DNA of 63,462 nt, filler included, from Stramenopiles sp. TOSAG23-6 (lineage: Eukaryota), in assembly GCA_900128565.1 (NCBI GenBank). It is 22 parts of 22 records of this genome, joined end to end, with 100 filler letters (N's around TTAATTAATTAA, not from the genome) between each part and the next. Parts side by side here need not be neighbours in the genome. Positions count along the whole stretch, not along the records: positions 11,589 to 12,590 come from LT639984.1; positions 12,691 to 13,692 come from LT639985.1; positions 13,793 to 14,794 come from LT639986.1; positions 14,895 to 15,895 come from LT639987.1; positions 15,996 to 16,996 come from LT639988.1; positions 17,097 to 18,097 come from LT639989.1; positions 18,198 to 19,198 come from LT639990.1; positions 19,299 to 20,298 come from LT639992.1; 14 more parts are not named here. One strand, written 5' to 3'. Under the pieces are notes generated by a model, which made no database searches, was not told the origin of the DNA, and worked only from the letters and a program-made list of their open reading frames with translations. This document shows positions 12,491 through 23,745 of this stretch, one piece after another. The position numbers and the translations under genes were made by a program. How positions within the stretch are numbered: position 1 is the stretch's first letter; each line of letters starts with the position of its first letter.

Positions 12491-12690
12491 ATGTATTTTG
12501 GGAAAATATTTCAAAAAAATCTAAAAAAAAATCGTTAGGTACAAAATTTACTATAAAAAAAAATCGATTTTTTTGTAAAAATAAAATAAANNNNNNNNNN
12601 NNNNNNNNNNNNNNNNNNNNNNNNNNNNNNNNNNTTAATTAATTAANNNNNNNNNNNNNNNNNNNNNNNNNNNNNNNNNNNNNNNNNNNN

Positions 12691-13692
12691 CTGGTTTTAC
12701 TGTTGCTGTTCGTGGTGCTGGTGGTACTACTGTTTCACGTAATTGATTATCCTTTAATCGAAGTGTTGGTACTGGTCCACTAAATCTAGTGATCAAATCA
12801 ATTAAGGCATTATGACGAGGTGCTGGTTCAGTAAAGGCATTATCATGTGTTAAACTTGGTTGATTTCTTGCTCGTTCAACTGCTGGTGCTAATGCTGCAA
12901 GTTGCAATTCTGATGGTGTTCCCTGTAATTGAAGAGACCCTTGTACTGTTCTACTTAATAAATCAGTTAAGGCATTATCATGTGTTAAACTCGGTTGATC
13001 TTTGTTCATACGTAGTGCCAAAAGATTTTTTATATAAACGCCAAGAACTTGCAATTCTGCTACGCCAACTTGCAATCCTGCTTGGTCAAGAACTTGGAAT
13101 CCTGCTTGGCCAAGAACTTGCAATCCTGCTTCGCCAACTTGGGATTCTGCTGTATACTGTAATTGAAGAGACCTTAAAACAGAATTAACAAATTCAGGGT
13201 TTATGCGGATCATTTCGTGATTTTCGTCATCTGGTAAAAACATTTCAACGTTTACAGAATTTTGACCTTGAATCAAGGTTCTCGCTGCTCCACATAGGAT
13301 TCGAATAATTGAAACAATTCGTTTCCATTTCTGAGGAGTAAAATGTTGTTTCAAAAGAAATGATTCAAAATCAAGCTCAAAAGAGTCAACTTGTTCAGGT
13401 GCAAGTTCAAGTTCAAGTGCTGGTGTTTCCTGTACTTGACTATCGTGTAATCGAAGAGGCTCTTGTACTGTTCTACTTAATATAGTGAACAAATCAGTTA
13501 CGGCATTATCATCGTCACTCGGAAGGGTTTCTGCTGCTGTTCCATGTCCTGGACCAAAGAAGAGTTCTCTGACTGAGTGTACATCTTGAGGATTTACTCC
13601 GTTTCCAGAAAGAAAAGTAGGAAGTGTTACAAGACGGTCCTCATTAGGCAGCGAAAGTTTTCCATCTTGATGCGCTTCACCTTCTGGTTGTG
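12691..13692 (-). CDS. Hypothetical protein with internal repeats (fragment)
   Basis: Long open frame with repeated QVLGQAGL and HDNALTDL..SRTVQ units. Confidence 0.5.
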
Positions 13693-13883
13693 NNNNNNNN
13701 NNNNNNNNNNNNNNNNNNNNNNNNNNNNNNNNNNNNTTAATTAATTAANNNNNNNNNNNNNNNNNNNNNNNNNNNNNNNNNNNNNNNNNNNNAATATTTC
13801 AAAAAAAAACTAAAATTTGTTAGGTACAAAATTTCGTACGAAAAAAAATCGATTTTTTTGTTAAAAAAAAAAATAAAACATGC

Positions 13884-14752
13884 GTGTCATTACAGGTGGG
13901 TTTTGACCAGTGAACATATTCCAGCCTTTTTTTTCGAGAATTGAAGCTACTTGATAAATTGAGATGGATTTTTCAACGCTTATGATAGGAATACACGCAC
14001 AATCTGGTTCGATTAGTAGTTCAAGTTCAGGAATATTGGAAATTATTTCCTTAACTTTTGCTTCCATATTTTTGTATTGAAGTGCAAAATCTTTGTAACC
14101 ATTGTCTCCCATTCGAAGCATTGTACCCCAGGCTTGAGCCACAACTCCACCCGGTCGGCTACCTTGAAGGGTTGGTGTAATATAGAGACCTTCGCAGCCA
14201 TCAAAGCTTGGCATATAGGAAAGTCGCCTCAGCTGAGGGTCGAGAAAGCAAATAACTGATACTCCTTTACTGGCAAAACCATATTTATGTACATGTATTT
14301 TGGAAAAATATTTCAACAAAAAATCGTTAGGTACAAAATTTCGTACGAAAAAAAAACTTGAATTTGAAAAAAAATAAAACATACATCTACTGAAATTGTT
14401 GTGACACCTTCGATCGAGAAGTCAAATCCTTTTGATGGATGTATTTTTCCGGTTTTGATCAAATAAGATAATAGAAACCCACCAAATATTGTGAAAAAAT
14501 ATTTTTTTTTTTTTTTGCGAAAAAAAAATTCGTTAGGTACGGAATTTCGTACGAAAAATTTCAATTTTGAAAACATACTAGACAGTTATCTACATGCAAT
14601 CCAATATTATTTTTCAAAGCGATTTTTCCAAGATCAAAAATAGGATCAATAATGCCGTGTGTAAATGTTGGAGCGGATGCATATATAGCTACTGTATTAG
14701 GTGTGATATGCGCTTGCACAGCCTTTGGACAAAGTTTGAAGCCAGTCGTTCC
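13884..14752 (-). CDS. SGPL1: Sphingosine-1-phosphate lyase (exons 14752-14579, 14483-14385, 14292-13884)
   Basis: SAPTFTHGIIDPI, GLHVDNCLGGFLL, GFDFSIEGVTTISVDVHKYG (PLP lysine) and GLYITPTLQGSRPG. Confidence 0.9.
14293..14384 (-). other. Family intron, GT-AT, 92 nt
   Basis: gtagAT|GTATG..CCAAAATACAT|gta cat aaa; restores SVDVHKYG. Confidence 0.88.
14484..14578 (-). other. Family intron, GT-TT, 95 nt
   Basis: tgt cta|GTATG..CACAATATTT|ggt ggg ttt; restores HVDNCLGGF, and no AG is available. Confidence 0.85.
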
Positions 14753-14894
14753 ATGTACAATGAAAAAATATTTTTTTTTGTTAAAAATTTTTGTNNNNNN
14801 NNNNNNNNNNNNNNNNNNNNNNNNNNNNNNNNNNNNNNTTAATTAATTAANNNNNNNNNNNNNNNNNNNNNNNNNNNNNNNNNNNNNNNNNNNN

Positions 14895-15566
14895 CGACGA
14901 CGGATCCTTGGTCCGGGCTTCAATTTTTTCCCGTATCTGGCGCTCTATATCTTTCAGCTTGGGCCGGTATTCACCGTCTAAATGACGCGGAAAACACATT
15001 TGGTCTGGAAGGAACGCAGTCTTCTTCGCCACATACGACAGGGCGTTTTTCGTCAGCGGTGGCCCCCCAGCTGAGTAATCCGGCGGCAAGAGCCCATTGA
15101 TAAATTCGTTGAAATCAAGCAAACCGCTGTTATCCGTGTCAAACATCATGAACAAGGCATTCACTTCGTCCGTCGTCAGCTTGAGGTCGAAGCGGCGCTT
15201 TAGGACGTCTTTTAAGTGTGCCCTATTTATTCCCTGGACAGGGCACTCCAGCAGCTTGTACGCCACGACATTTCGTTCTTCGGCCCGTCGAATTCGTCCC
15301 AATATTTTGTCCCGTATGACCTGTATGATGGTATCTACGTTCCAGTTCAGCGTTTTTCGGTGATGGGCTAACTTTTGCCTCGATTTCTTTCGAGCCTGGT
15401 ACGTCACCTTTTGCCTTACTTGGGCAAGTTTTTTCATCGTTGCTTTCTTCTTCGCACGCTGTTCTCTGTACAACAATGCCGTCGCCGTATTCATTCGTTT
15501 CTGATGCCCTATCGTTGCCATGATGGACGTTGATCCCGCACAGTACAAGTACTGCAAACCAAACAA
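14895..15566 (-). CDS. EF-hand protein (3' truncated; likely start near 15523)
   Basis: Canonical EF-hand LFMMFDTDNSGLLDFNEF. Confidence 0.8.
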
Positions 15567-15995
15567 TCACAATCACAAGAAAAGCACACAATTGCAATCT
15601 ATCTCTTGCCGCGTGTGATTCAAACACACAAACGTTCCGCTGATCAAAACTCTAAACGTTTACACGCAAATACGACGTTGCATAATGCAACTTGATAACT
15701 TGATAATCGGGGAATCGACATACAAATGGAAGGTCGTGTTTCTTTTCTTTCTTTCTTTCGTTCTAATTCTATTTCTATATGTAAATATAAAATGAGAGAT
15801 TTCAGATTTCTTCAACGAATAAAAAATAAAAAATAAATAAAAAAGTATTTTAGTTTTACAATATATTCCTTAACCTAAAATATATGTACATAAATNNNNN
15901 NNNNNNNNNNNNNNNNNNNNNNNNNNNNNNNNNNNNNNNTTAATTAATTAANNNNNNNNNNNNNNNNNNNNNNNNNNNNNNNNNNNNNNNNNNNN

Positions 15996-16890
15996 TTTAC
16001 TTTTTGTCGTAATTTTCTTCTTTTTAGTCTTTTTAAACATGTGTCCAACATCATAAGACGATATATCATTTACGCAAGTTCTACTAACTTCACTCTCAAC
16101 ATCAGTTGGTTCTTTCAAAGGAGACTTACAATTTTCTTTTTCCTTGATTTTTTTAACTTTCAATTGTTTTTTGAAATTTTCTTTCTCCGCAACTTTCTTT
16201 TTCCAAGGGTTTTTCATTAACTTTCGTTCTTCATGTCTCTGAAAAATTTCATCCTTATAGAATTCATCTGAAATTTTCCCATTATATGAATTTTGGACGG
16301 CTTCTTTGATTTTTGCTAAGACAATTCTACTCTCTTTGAGTAACTCCGCATTCTCCTCTTTGTACGGTGAAGCTATGTTATCTTTCAATTCTTTATAAGA
16401 GTCGATAAACTTAAACGCCTTCTTTTGGTCTTCTTCAGACAAAATGCCATGGAGAAGACCGTCCGTTTGTGGTGTAGTTTTTACAAGCCAACTAAGATGA
16501 CTTTCGTACTTTTCACGGCTTTCGGCATTACCGTAACTTTCTAATGCATATTGCATGGGATTACAGACACGTGTATCCGATAAAAGTCTATGATAGTGGC
16601 GTTTATAGACTAAAGCAGACACACGTAGATCGAAACCAAGAGCAAAGAGAGTATGCAATTCTAGTCTGTTCATCTCAGATACAGTAATACCACCGATTTT
16701 TGCAAATGCATTATTATCCCAGTGAGTATCATCATAGAATTTCGCAGCAATCAAAGTACAGACAATCACAGCTCTATGAGCGGAGTACTCGTTAATCTCA
16801 AGACCGAGCTGTGACAAATTTGCGATGTATACAGTTCCGAGAACAACAGTTTCAAAAGACACTTTGGCATACTGAACAACACGATGAACA
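15996..16890 (-). CDS. Cyclin, PHO80/cyclin-U (CNPPD1-like) type (fragment)
   Basis: HRAVIVCTLIAAKFYDDTHWDNNAFAKIGGITVSEMNRLELHTLFALGFDL. Confidence 0.88.
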
Positions 16891-17110
16891 ATTGAAAGTT
16901 AAAAAAATCAAAAGAACAGTGTCGATTTAAAACTGATCAGGATGGTAATCCTGATAAGGGTATGACAAGAAGTAAACGTGACTGTAACAATGAACGNNNN
17001 NNNNNNNNNNNNNNNNNNNNNNNNNNNNNNNNNNNNNNNNTTAATTAATTAANNNNNNNNNNNNNNNNNNNNNNNNNNNNNNNNNNNNNNNNNNNNTTTC
17101 CAAAATACAT

Positions 17111-17503
17111 GCTTCCAGGAGCTGGTGGCGAATTAATCTCAAAATTAGAAAAAGCATTGCCCGTTCGTACGTTTTCCTTTTATCATAGTGTACACTGTCC
17201 AACATTTCATTTTTTTTTTTTTACAATTTTGAATTTTTCGTACGAAATTTTGTACCTAACAAAAAAATATTTTTTTTCAATTTTTTTTTCGTAGGAAATT
17301 TTGTACCTAACAAAAACCAATAAATATTTTTTCACAAACATTTCATGTGGGTTACAAAAACGTGTATACAAAAAAGACGTAGTTAAAAAAGCTGTGCGCA
17401 CTTTGTTTGCAGCACTGTTGAAACATTCCTCATCAGCATATGTCACAACAGAAATCGATGAAGATAATTTTAAATCAAATACAACAATTTGTAATATTTG
17501 TAT

Positions 17504-17549
<46 letters not shown>

Positions 17550-18043
17550 ATTGAATTTTTTTTTTCGTACGAAATGTTGTACCTAACAAAAAAAAAAATT
17601 TGAAAAAAATTTGAAAATTGAAAATATACTTTTACAGTATAGGGAAAAGAGCTTCAGTTCAATTATGTAAATGGTTACAACAACAAAAAAATGCTTTACA
17701 GTTGTCCTATGACACACTTGCTTCAACAATCACTCAAAGAGCTGAATTTTTACTTGAATTGTTACCCGGATACCGTGGATTATATACAAATTTAAATGAA
17801 ATTCAAACATCAAATGAAACTTCAAAAAATTTTGAAAATTTTGAAACTTCAAAAAATTTTGAAAATTCTGAAAATTTTGAAAATTCTGAAAATTTTGAAA
17901 TTCCTAAATTACTGCGTGGAGTTTCTTCTTTAACCTTAAAACAATCTGATAACCCTAACCCTACTCATAAACAAAATGAAAAAAATGCCATTGAAAATTT
18001 ACGTACAATACTTGCATTTGCTGAAGAAGATCACGATGGGATT
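17111..18043 (+). CDS. Internal fragment of a large helical protein (3 exons)
   Basis: Exons separated by family introns ~17167-17343 and 17500-17642; AVRTLFAALLKH and RAEFLLEL segments. Confidence 0.55.
17500..17642 (+). other. Family intron, GT-AG, 143 nt
   Basis: att t|GTATG..GTACCTAAC..ACAGTATAG|gg aaa joins in frame. Confidence 0.7.
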
Positions 18044-18546
18044 AGTATGTTTATTTTTTTCAAAAACAAATCAAAAATTTTCTATGATTTTTTTTTTNNN
18101 NNNNNNNNNNNNNNNNNNNNNNNNNNNNNNNNNNNNNNNNNTTAATTAATTAANNNNNNNNNNNNNNNNNNNNNNNNNNNNNNNNNNNNNNNNNNNNAAT
18201 AATCGTTAGGTACAAAATTTCGTACGAAAAATAAATTCGAAATTGAAAAAAAATTGAAGATACTCCTGAAAATCAAAATGATATTTTTATGAGTAGTGGA
18301 GATGATAAAGATTAAAAAAATAAAAAATCTTTTCGCATTTTGAATTTCTAATTTATAGTGGTCGGTTTATTAAACTAGTTTTTAACCGCCCGCGCCGCTC
18401 GCGCCGCTCCTCTAGCCTCGGCTAAAAAAATCATGAATACGACGAATACCGAATACCGAATGCCGAACGACTCTTTTTTCGGTGTTCTTATTTGTTTCCT
18501 ACTACTTCTTTAAGTACATACATTGTAATAAACAAAATCCAAACAG

Positions 18547-19198
18547 AATTCCGTTTCTATCGCTGTCACAATTGTTCTCGCTGAAGGAAATTTTACGCCT
18601 GTCAACTTTGATGAACTCCAAAAGGAATTAATTAAACATTGTCAAGGAACAGGATCCAAAGGGAAACCGAATACGTGGGACATTAAAAACGTGAAATCGT
18701 TGAAATCATTAATGATTAAAAACGTGAAATCGTCGAAAACATTAATGAATCACGCAAGTGTCAGAGATTGCAATCCAGACATATCTCAATGGGACACAAG
18801 TGCCGTAACCGACATGTCCTACATCTTTTCTCAAACAACGTCATTTAACCAAGATCTTTCCAAATGGGACACAAGTAACGTGACGACGATGAGAAGTATG
18901 TTTTGGCGTTCAGCTGCTTTTAATGGAAACATTTCTAACTGGAACGTCGGAAAGGTGGAAGACATATCCTACATGTTTTATTGGGCGTATTCATTTAACC
19001 AAGATATTTCCAAATGGAACGTCGAAAATGTGAAAGACATGAAAAGTATGTTTTATAATGCAAAGAAGTTTAATGGAGATATTACCAATTGGAACGTTGA
19101 AAAGGTGGAAGACATGTCCTACATGTTTGTTGGAGCATCTTTATTTAACCAAGATATTTCTGAATGGAAAACAAGTAACGTAATAAACATGTCCTACA
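18547..19198 (+). CDS. DUF285 / BspA-like repeat surface protein (fragment)
   Basis: Tandem ~25-aa repeats FNQDISKW(D/N)(T/V)..V.DMSYMF. Confidence 0.88.
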
Positions 19199-19298
19199 NN
19201 NNNNNNNNNNNNNNNNNNNNNNNNNNNNNNNNNNNNNNNNNNTTAATTAATTAANNNNNNNNNNNNNNNNNNNNNNNNNNNNNNNNNNNNNNNNNNNN

Positions 19299-19686
19299 AG
19301 AAGATGTATTGTTGATACCACAAATCCCTGGAATGGTTGGTGTGTGGAATGCAGGATCTCATCAACTTGAGATAAAAAGTCAAAAATATTCTGATATATC
19401 TCCTGAGTTGTTACTTGATCCTAATTCTACGTTAGAACAAGTAATCGCAAGGGATCAATTTCATGGTATGGAGAGACTCAGTCCACAACTCTCACAATCT
19501 AGAGCTCATCGTAAATTATTTGGTAAAACTTTGCGTCTAAAGGAAGAAAAGGAAGACGATGTCCGAGGTTTCAATTCTTTTGAGTTCGATGACATAAGTA
19601 CAGGTGAAATAAAGGAATATAAATTAAATACAAGTACTATTTTTAATCAAGATCCTTCAAGACCAGAAACAGAATCAATTAAATGA
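19299..19686 (+). CDS. Hypothetical protein, C-terminal fragment
   Basis: Open frame from the contig start to TGA, followed by an AT-rich 3' region. Confidence 0.5.
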
Positions 19687-19882
19687 AAATGTTAATACAT
19701 CTAAATCAAATCCTAATAAATCTAAATTAAATAGTAAACAATACATTTAAATCAAATTCTATACAACTAAATAATCCGAAAATGATATTTTACTAAATGT
19801 ATTTAAACGATATTAATAAAAATATTAAAACGTTAATTTGTATATTTATTAATTGAAAACGATAAGCAAAAATAAGAACAAA

Positions 19883-20281
19883 TTACATTTCTTTAGTCTC
19901 TATAGGTGCCAATTCTACAGCAACAGTCGTTTTAGTTTCCTGTTTATGCACATCTGCATTAGAAGGGTTTCTAGCTCGTTCAAATACATTGAGATTTTCA
20001 TCATCACGAGAAAAAACTCGAGATAAAACATTTGAACTTAATTGTACACTACAACTATTAGAAACTGGAGACTCACTATCGACATTTTTGTAAAACTTTT
20101 GTACCCCTCGATTCAAAAGTGTGGTGAATTGCCCATCTAAAAATAATGCAATAAACAAAGCATGTGGATGATCAATTTCGGCTACAATAATACGCATCAC
20201 TGCAGTCAAAGGGACAGCTAAAATAGCACCAACGGCACCCCACAATGAATACCACAATGCTAATGACATTAAAACTACCAC
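19883..20281 (-). CDS. AI-2E family transporter, last exon
   Basis: LALWYSLWGAVGAILAVPLTAVMRII; preceded by the family acceptor CCAAAATACAT. Confidence 0.8.
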   Translation of the reverse strand: MVVLMSLALWYSLWGAVGAILAVPLTAVMRIIVAEIDHPHALFIALFLDGQFTTLLNRGVQKFYKNVDSESPVSNSCSVQLSSNVLSRVFSRDDENLNVFERARNPSNADVHKQETKTTVAVELAPIETKEM

Positions 20282-20504
20282 ATGTATTTTGGAAAAATNN
20301 NNNNNNNNNNNNNNNNNNNNNNNNNNNNNNNNNNNNNNNNNNTTAATTAATTAANNNNNNNNNNNNNNNNNNNNNNNNNNNNNNNNNNNNNNNNNNNNAA
20401 TACGTCTCTTGACCATAGTCGGACAATCAATTTTGAAACCCTTCGTGATGTTGGGGTTACATGGTGTGAATATTACCTAAAACCTGAAAAGCAGAATACA
20501 CCTC

Positions 20505-21398
20505 TTACTCTGCTCTTTTTTTCAGCTCAGTCATTTTCAAAGCTCCGTAGAAATAAGCTCGGCGAAGTGAATGCAGATTTGTTTTTTCATTTGTCTTTAC
20601 TTCTTCTACTTCATCTTGGATTCCCTGTTCACTGAGCCAACGTTCTGCGTCCAACGCTGCCATCGCACCAGTTCCAGCCGAGGTTACCGCCTGTCTGTAT
20701 ACATGGTCTGCGACATCACCGGCAGCAAAGACACCAGCAACATCAGTATGTGTAGACCCTTCTTTCACTGATATATAGCCGCCATCATTAAGCGTCAGAC
20801 CTTGATGTTGGAATATTTTAGTATTTTTGTTTTTCACTAAAACATGAGTTAAAGTCTTTATCATTATTTTTTCAGATTTTTTATCAGTAGGATCAGATAG
20901 AACTTCCTGATCTTCACCTTTAAACTGAACAACGTTTGAATCCCAAAGAACCTTGATTTTCTCATGCTTAAGTACTCTATTTGCCAATACTTTTGAAGCA
21001 CGGAACTCGTCACGACGATGAATGATTAACACAGATGCAGAAGTCCGTGCTAAGACTAAAGCATCTTCCATTGCCGTGTCTCCGCCTCCAACAACAACTA
21101 CAGCTTTATCCCGAAAAAGAAAGCCATCGCATGTCGCACAACTTGAGACGCCACCACCACGATATTCATATTCTCCAGGGACTCCAAGCCATCTGGAATC
21201 CGCACCAGTTGCAATTATAACACTATGTGAACGAAATGAAGTCGTGTTTGTATGCAAAGTCATTGGTTGGGTACTAAAATCTACTTTGGTAATGAGTTCA
21301 GGATTAAAGAAAGCCCCAGCGTCCTGAGCTTGCTGAGCCATAAGTGCAACTAGACTTGGACCAGTACCTCCAATGACACCAGGATAATTTTCCACAGT
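20505..21398 (-). CDS. NADPH thioredoxin reductase, low-molecular-weight type (5' truncated)
   Basis: VENYPG, IIATGA, GVSSCATCDG, VVGGGDTAMEDA, HRRDEFRAS and GVFAAGDVADHVYRQAVTSAG. Confidence 0.93.
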   Translation of the reverse strand, partial: TVENYPGVIGGTGPSLVALMAQQAQDAGAFFNPELITKVDFSTQPMTLHTNTTSFRSHSVIIATGADSRWLGVPGEYEYRGGGVSSCATCDGFLFRDKAVVVVGGGDTAMEDALVLARTSASVLIIHRRDEFRASKVLANRVLKHEKIKVLWDSNVVQFKGEDQEVLSDPTDKKSEKIMIKTLTHVLVKNKNTKIFQHQGLTLNDGGYISVKEGSTHTDVAGVFAAGDVADHVYRQAVTSAGTGAMAALDAERWLSEQGIQDEVEEVKTNEKTNLHSLRRAYFYGALKMTELKKRAE

Positions 21399-21551
21399 NN
21401 NNNNNNNNNNNNNNNNNNNNNNNNNNNNNNNNNNNNNNNNNNTTAATTAATTAANNNNNNNNNNNNNNNNNNNNNNNNNNNNNNNNNNNNNNNNNNNNAT
21501 TTTCAAAATTGAAATTTTTTTTTATTTTTTTTTTTTTGAAAATTTCGTCAC

Positions 21552-21594
<43 letters not shown>

Positions 21595-21656
21595 GTAGAA
21601 AATTTTGTACCTAAACAAAAACGTTTTTTTTTTTTGAAATATTTTTTCACAATACT

Positions 21657-22286
21657 TATCCAAAAACGAAGGGCAAAATTGAATATATTGATATTGGGAC
21701 ACCTCTTACAAATAAATACTATTTAAATCGTAGTGATAGCTATGGTTTAGAACATTCAACACAACACTATGGAGGAGCTTTGGATGGATTACGTCCATGT
21801 TTGTTTTCATTAGGGTTAGGGTTAGGATTTCAAATTTTCAAATTATTTTTTTTTTCATTTTTTTTTTCATTTTTTTTTTCATTTTTTTTTTCATTTTTTT
21901 TCTTTACAATCGATATACTCCAATGATTTCAATTGTAGTTATAAATATACCTAACAAAAATATCAAATGTTTGAATATTGTTTTACACTACATGTACAAG
22001 TATAAATGGATTATATCTCAGTGGTCAAGATTTGTGTAGTGTTGGGATTGTTGGAGCTCTGAACTCTGCAATTATGTACATTTTCAAAATTAAATTTCAA
22101 TTTTTTTTCATAGGAAATTTTGTACCTAACATTTTTTTTTCAAAAAAAAAAAAAAAAAAATATTTTTCACAAGACATGACAGTCCATGCTATTCTCGGAT
22201 ATGATGTAATTGATGTTGTACTTCGAAAGCGTAATGTAGTTGAAGACTTGATGAAAATGGAAGAAAAAAATAAAAAAATAAAATGA
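21657..22286 (+). CDS. RETSAT-like / phytoene-desaturase-family oxidoreductase, C-terminal exons
   Basis: Spliced: YPKTKGKIEYIDIGTPLTNKYYL..SYGLEH..LRPCTSINGLYLSGQDLCSVGIVGAL..TVHAILGY. Confidence 0.8.
21799..21993 (+). other. Family intron, GT-AT, 195 nt; contains TTAGGG repeats
   Basis: ccAT|GTTTGTTTTC..ATACCTAAC..CACTACAT|gt aca; restores LRP-CTSINGLYL. Confidence 0.75.
22076..22177 (+). other. Family intron, GT-AT, 102 nt (in frame)
   Basis: attAT|GTACATTTTC..GTACCTAAC..CACAAGACAT|g aca. Confidence 0.78.
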
Positions 22287-22793
22287 AAATAATTCATTCA
22301 AAAAAAAACTCAAAAAAGAAAAAAAATGTTAGGTACAAAATTTCGTATTAAAAACTGTACATAGAAGACATAGAAAGGGATAATTTAGGGTGAACGACAG
22401 TGAATTGTTTTTACCCTGTGGAATATTCCCTGAAAAAAAAATAATCAATAAAATTAGGCAAATGGTTGATTGTTGTATCTTTATATTGATCTTTATAACG
22501 ATTTATAAAGTTCTTACATAGATATCATTTGAACTTCTCTTGATGTTTTGCGGCCAATTTTCGAGAGACGATACTTATGGCGAATCAGACATCGCACTGA
22601 CTCTTTTTTTTTTGTAGCAAAATTTTCATAAGTAACGAAAAAATGTTCAGCAGATCGACGACGTATGTCTGTGGCAATAACGTTAACATAACTTTTTTAC
22701 GAATATTACGACGGTACAAGTGTACTACTACCCGCCCTACCCGCTACTACCTTGAATATAGAGATTAATTACCTAATTACCAGCTACAGATAT

Positions 22794-23267
22794 ATGAAAG
22801 AGCTATTGATTATTCTTGCTTTATGTCTGAGTATTACATTTGCTTCCAATGGACGACGCACCCGCACGCGAAAAAACGCTTTTCAAAACTTGGCTAAGAA
22901 TCCTAATAATAATGATATAAGGGATACAAGACAACTGGAAGATATCACACACATGAGTATACAAGACGAGAATGTCGTGCCAAGTGCGTTGAGTGCCACT
23001 GTTGCCGACGGTGAAAGAAGAAAACCTCAAAGAATTCAACGTCGACGTAGAGAAGATCGAGAAGAGTTTGACGACAACTTTGATATTGGAAAGTGGAGCA
23101 GAGCCTATGAAAGACGAGCATGGAAAAATGAATTAGATAGACGGAGTCAACAGATGAAAAAAGTCGAGAAAATTCCATCTCTACCAATGAATACAACTTA
23201 TGTTGTTTTATTTCTACTCTTTGTACTGTATTTATTGCAAACTTTCAGCACAACAGTACAACTTTAA
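22794..23267 (+). CDS. Small secreted or membrane-anchored hypothetical protein
   Basis: N-terminal signal peptide MKELLIILALCLSITFA and a C-terminal hydrophobic segment. Confidence 0.6.
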   Translation: MKELLIILALCLSITFASNGRRTRTRKNAFQNLAKNPNNNDIRDTRQLEDITHMSIQDENVVPSALSATVADGERRKPQRIQRRRREDREEFDDNFDIGKWSRAYERRAWKNELDRRSQQMKKVEKIPSLPMNTTYVVLFLLFVLYLLQTFSTTVQL

Positions 23268-23745
23268 TGCTTTAGTGTTGTTTTATTTCTACTCTTTGTC
23301 GCTCTTTTTGTCGCTCTTTGTAACATAAATTGGCATAAATTGCAAGCTTTCAGCACAAGATGATATATATATATTTCACGCAAACAATCTCCACTACGCA
23401 ATACTAATATTAATAATAATTGAATATAAATTGTGAAAAATAAAAGAATCAAAAAATGTAAAAAGTTCTTAATAAATGCTATAAAATGACGTATTAAATA
23501 TTTTCCAAATTCCATCGTCAACGTCAATACTTGCAACACGAAATATTGATTTTGATACAAATCGCGATTTCGCATCGACATCAAAGTCATCATCAAAGTC
23601 GGAGTCAACTTCTTCTTTCTTTGTTGTTTGGATTTTAGTCACACTCAATCTCTATATATAGATCGTCCATTATTTGAATTAAAGTAAAAGTATATAGTTT
23701 TGTTTTTTGCTTGAGGTAGAGAAAACGTTCACTTCATTTTGAGGG

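Noticed and set aside
14293-14386. Reading the family as ordinary AT-AC U12 introns by sliding boundaries 2 nt
   Set aside because: Sliding works only where the exon ends in AT and the intron ends in ACAT. It fails for 28198, 14484, 61188, 25942, 27661 and 28874, and the ATATCCTT donor is absent. A derived U12 mechanism is still possible.
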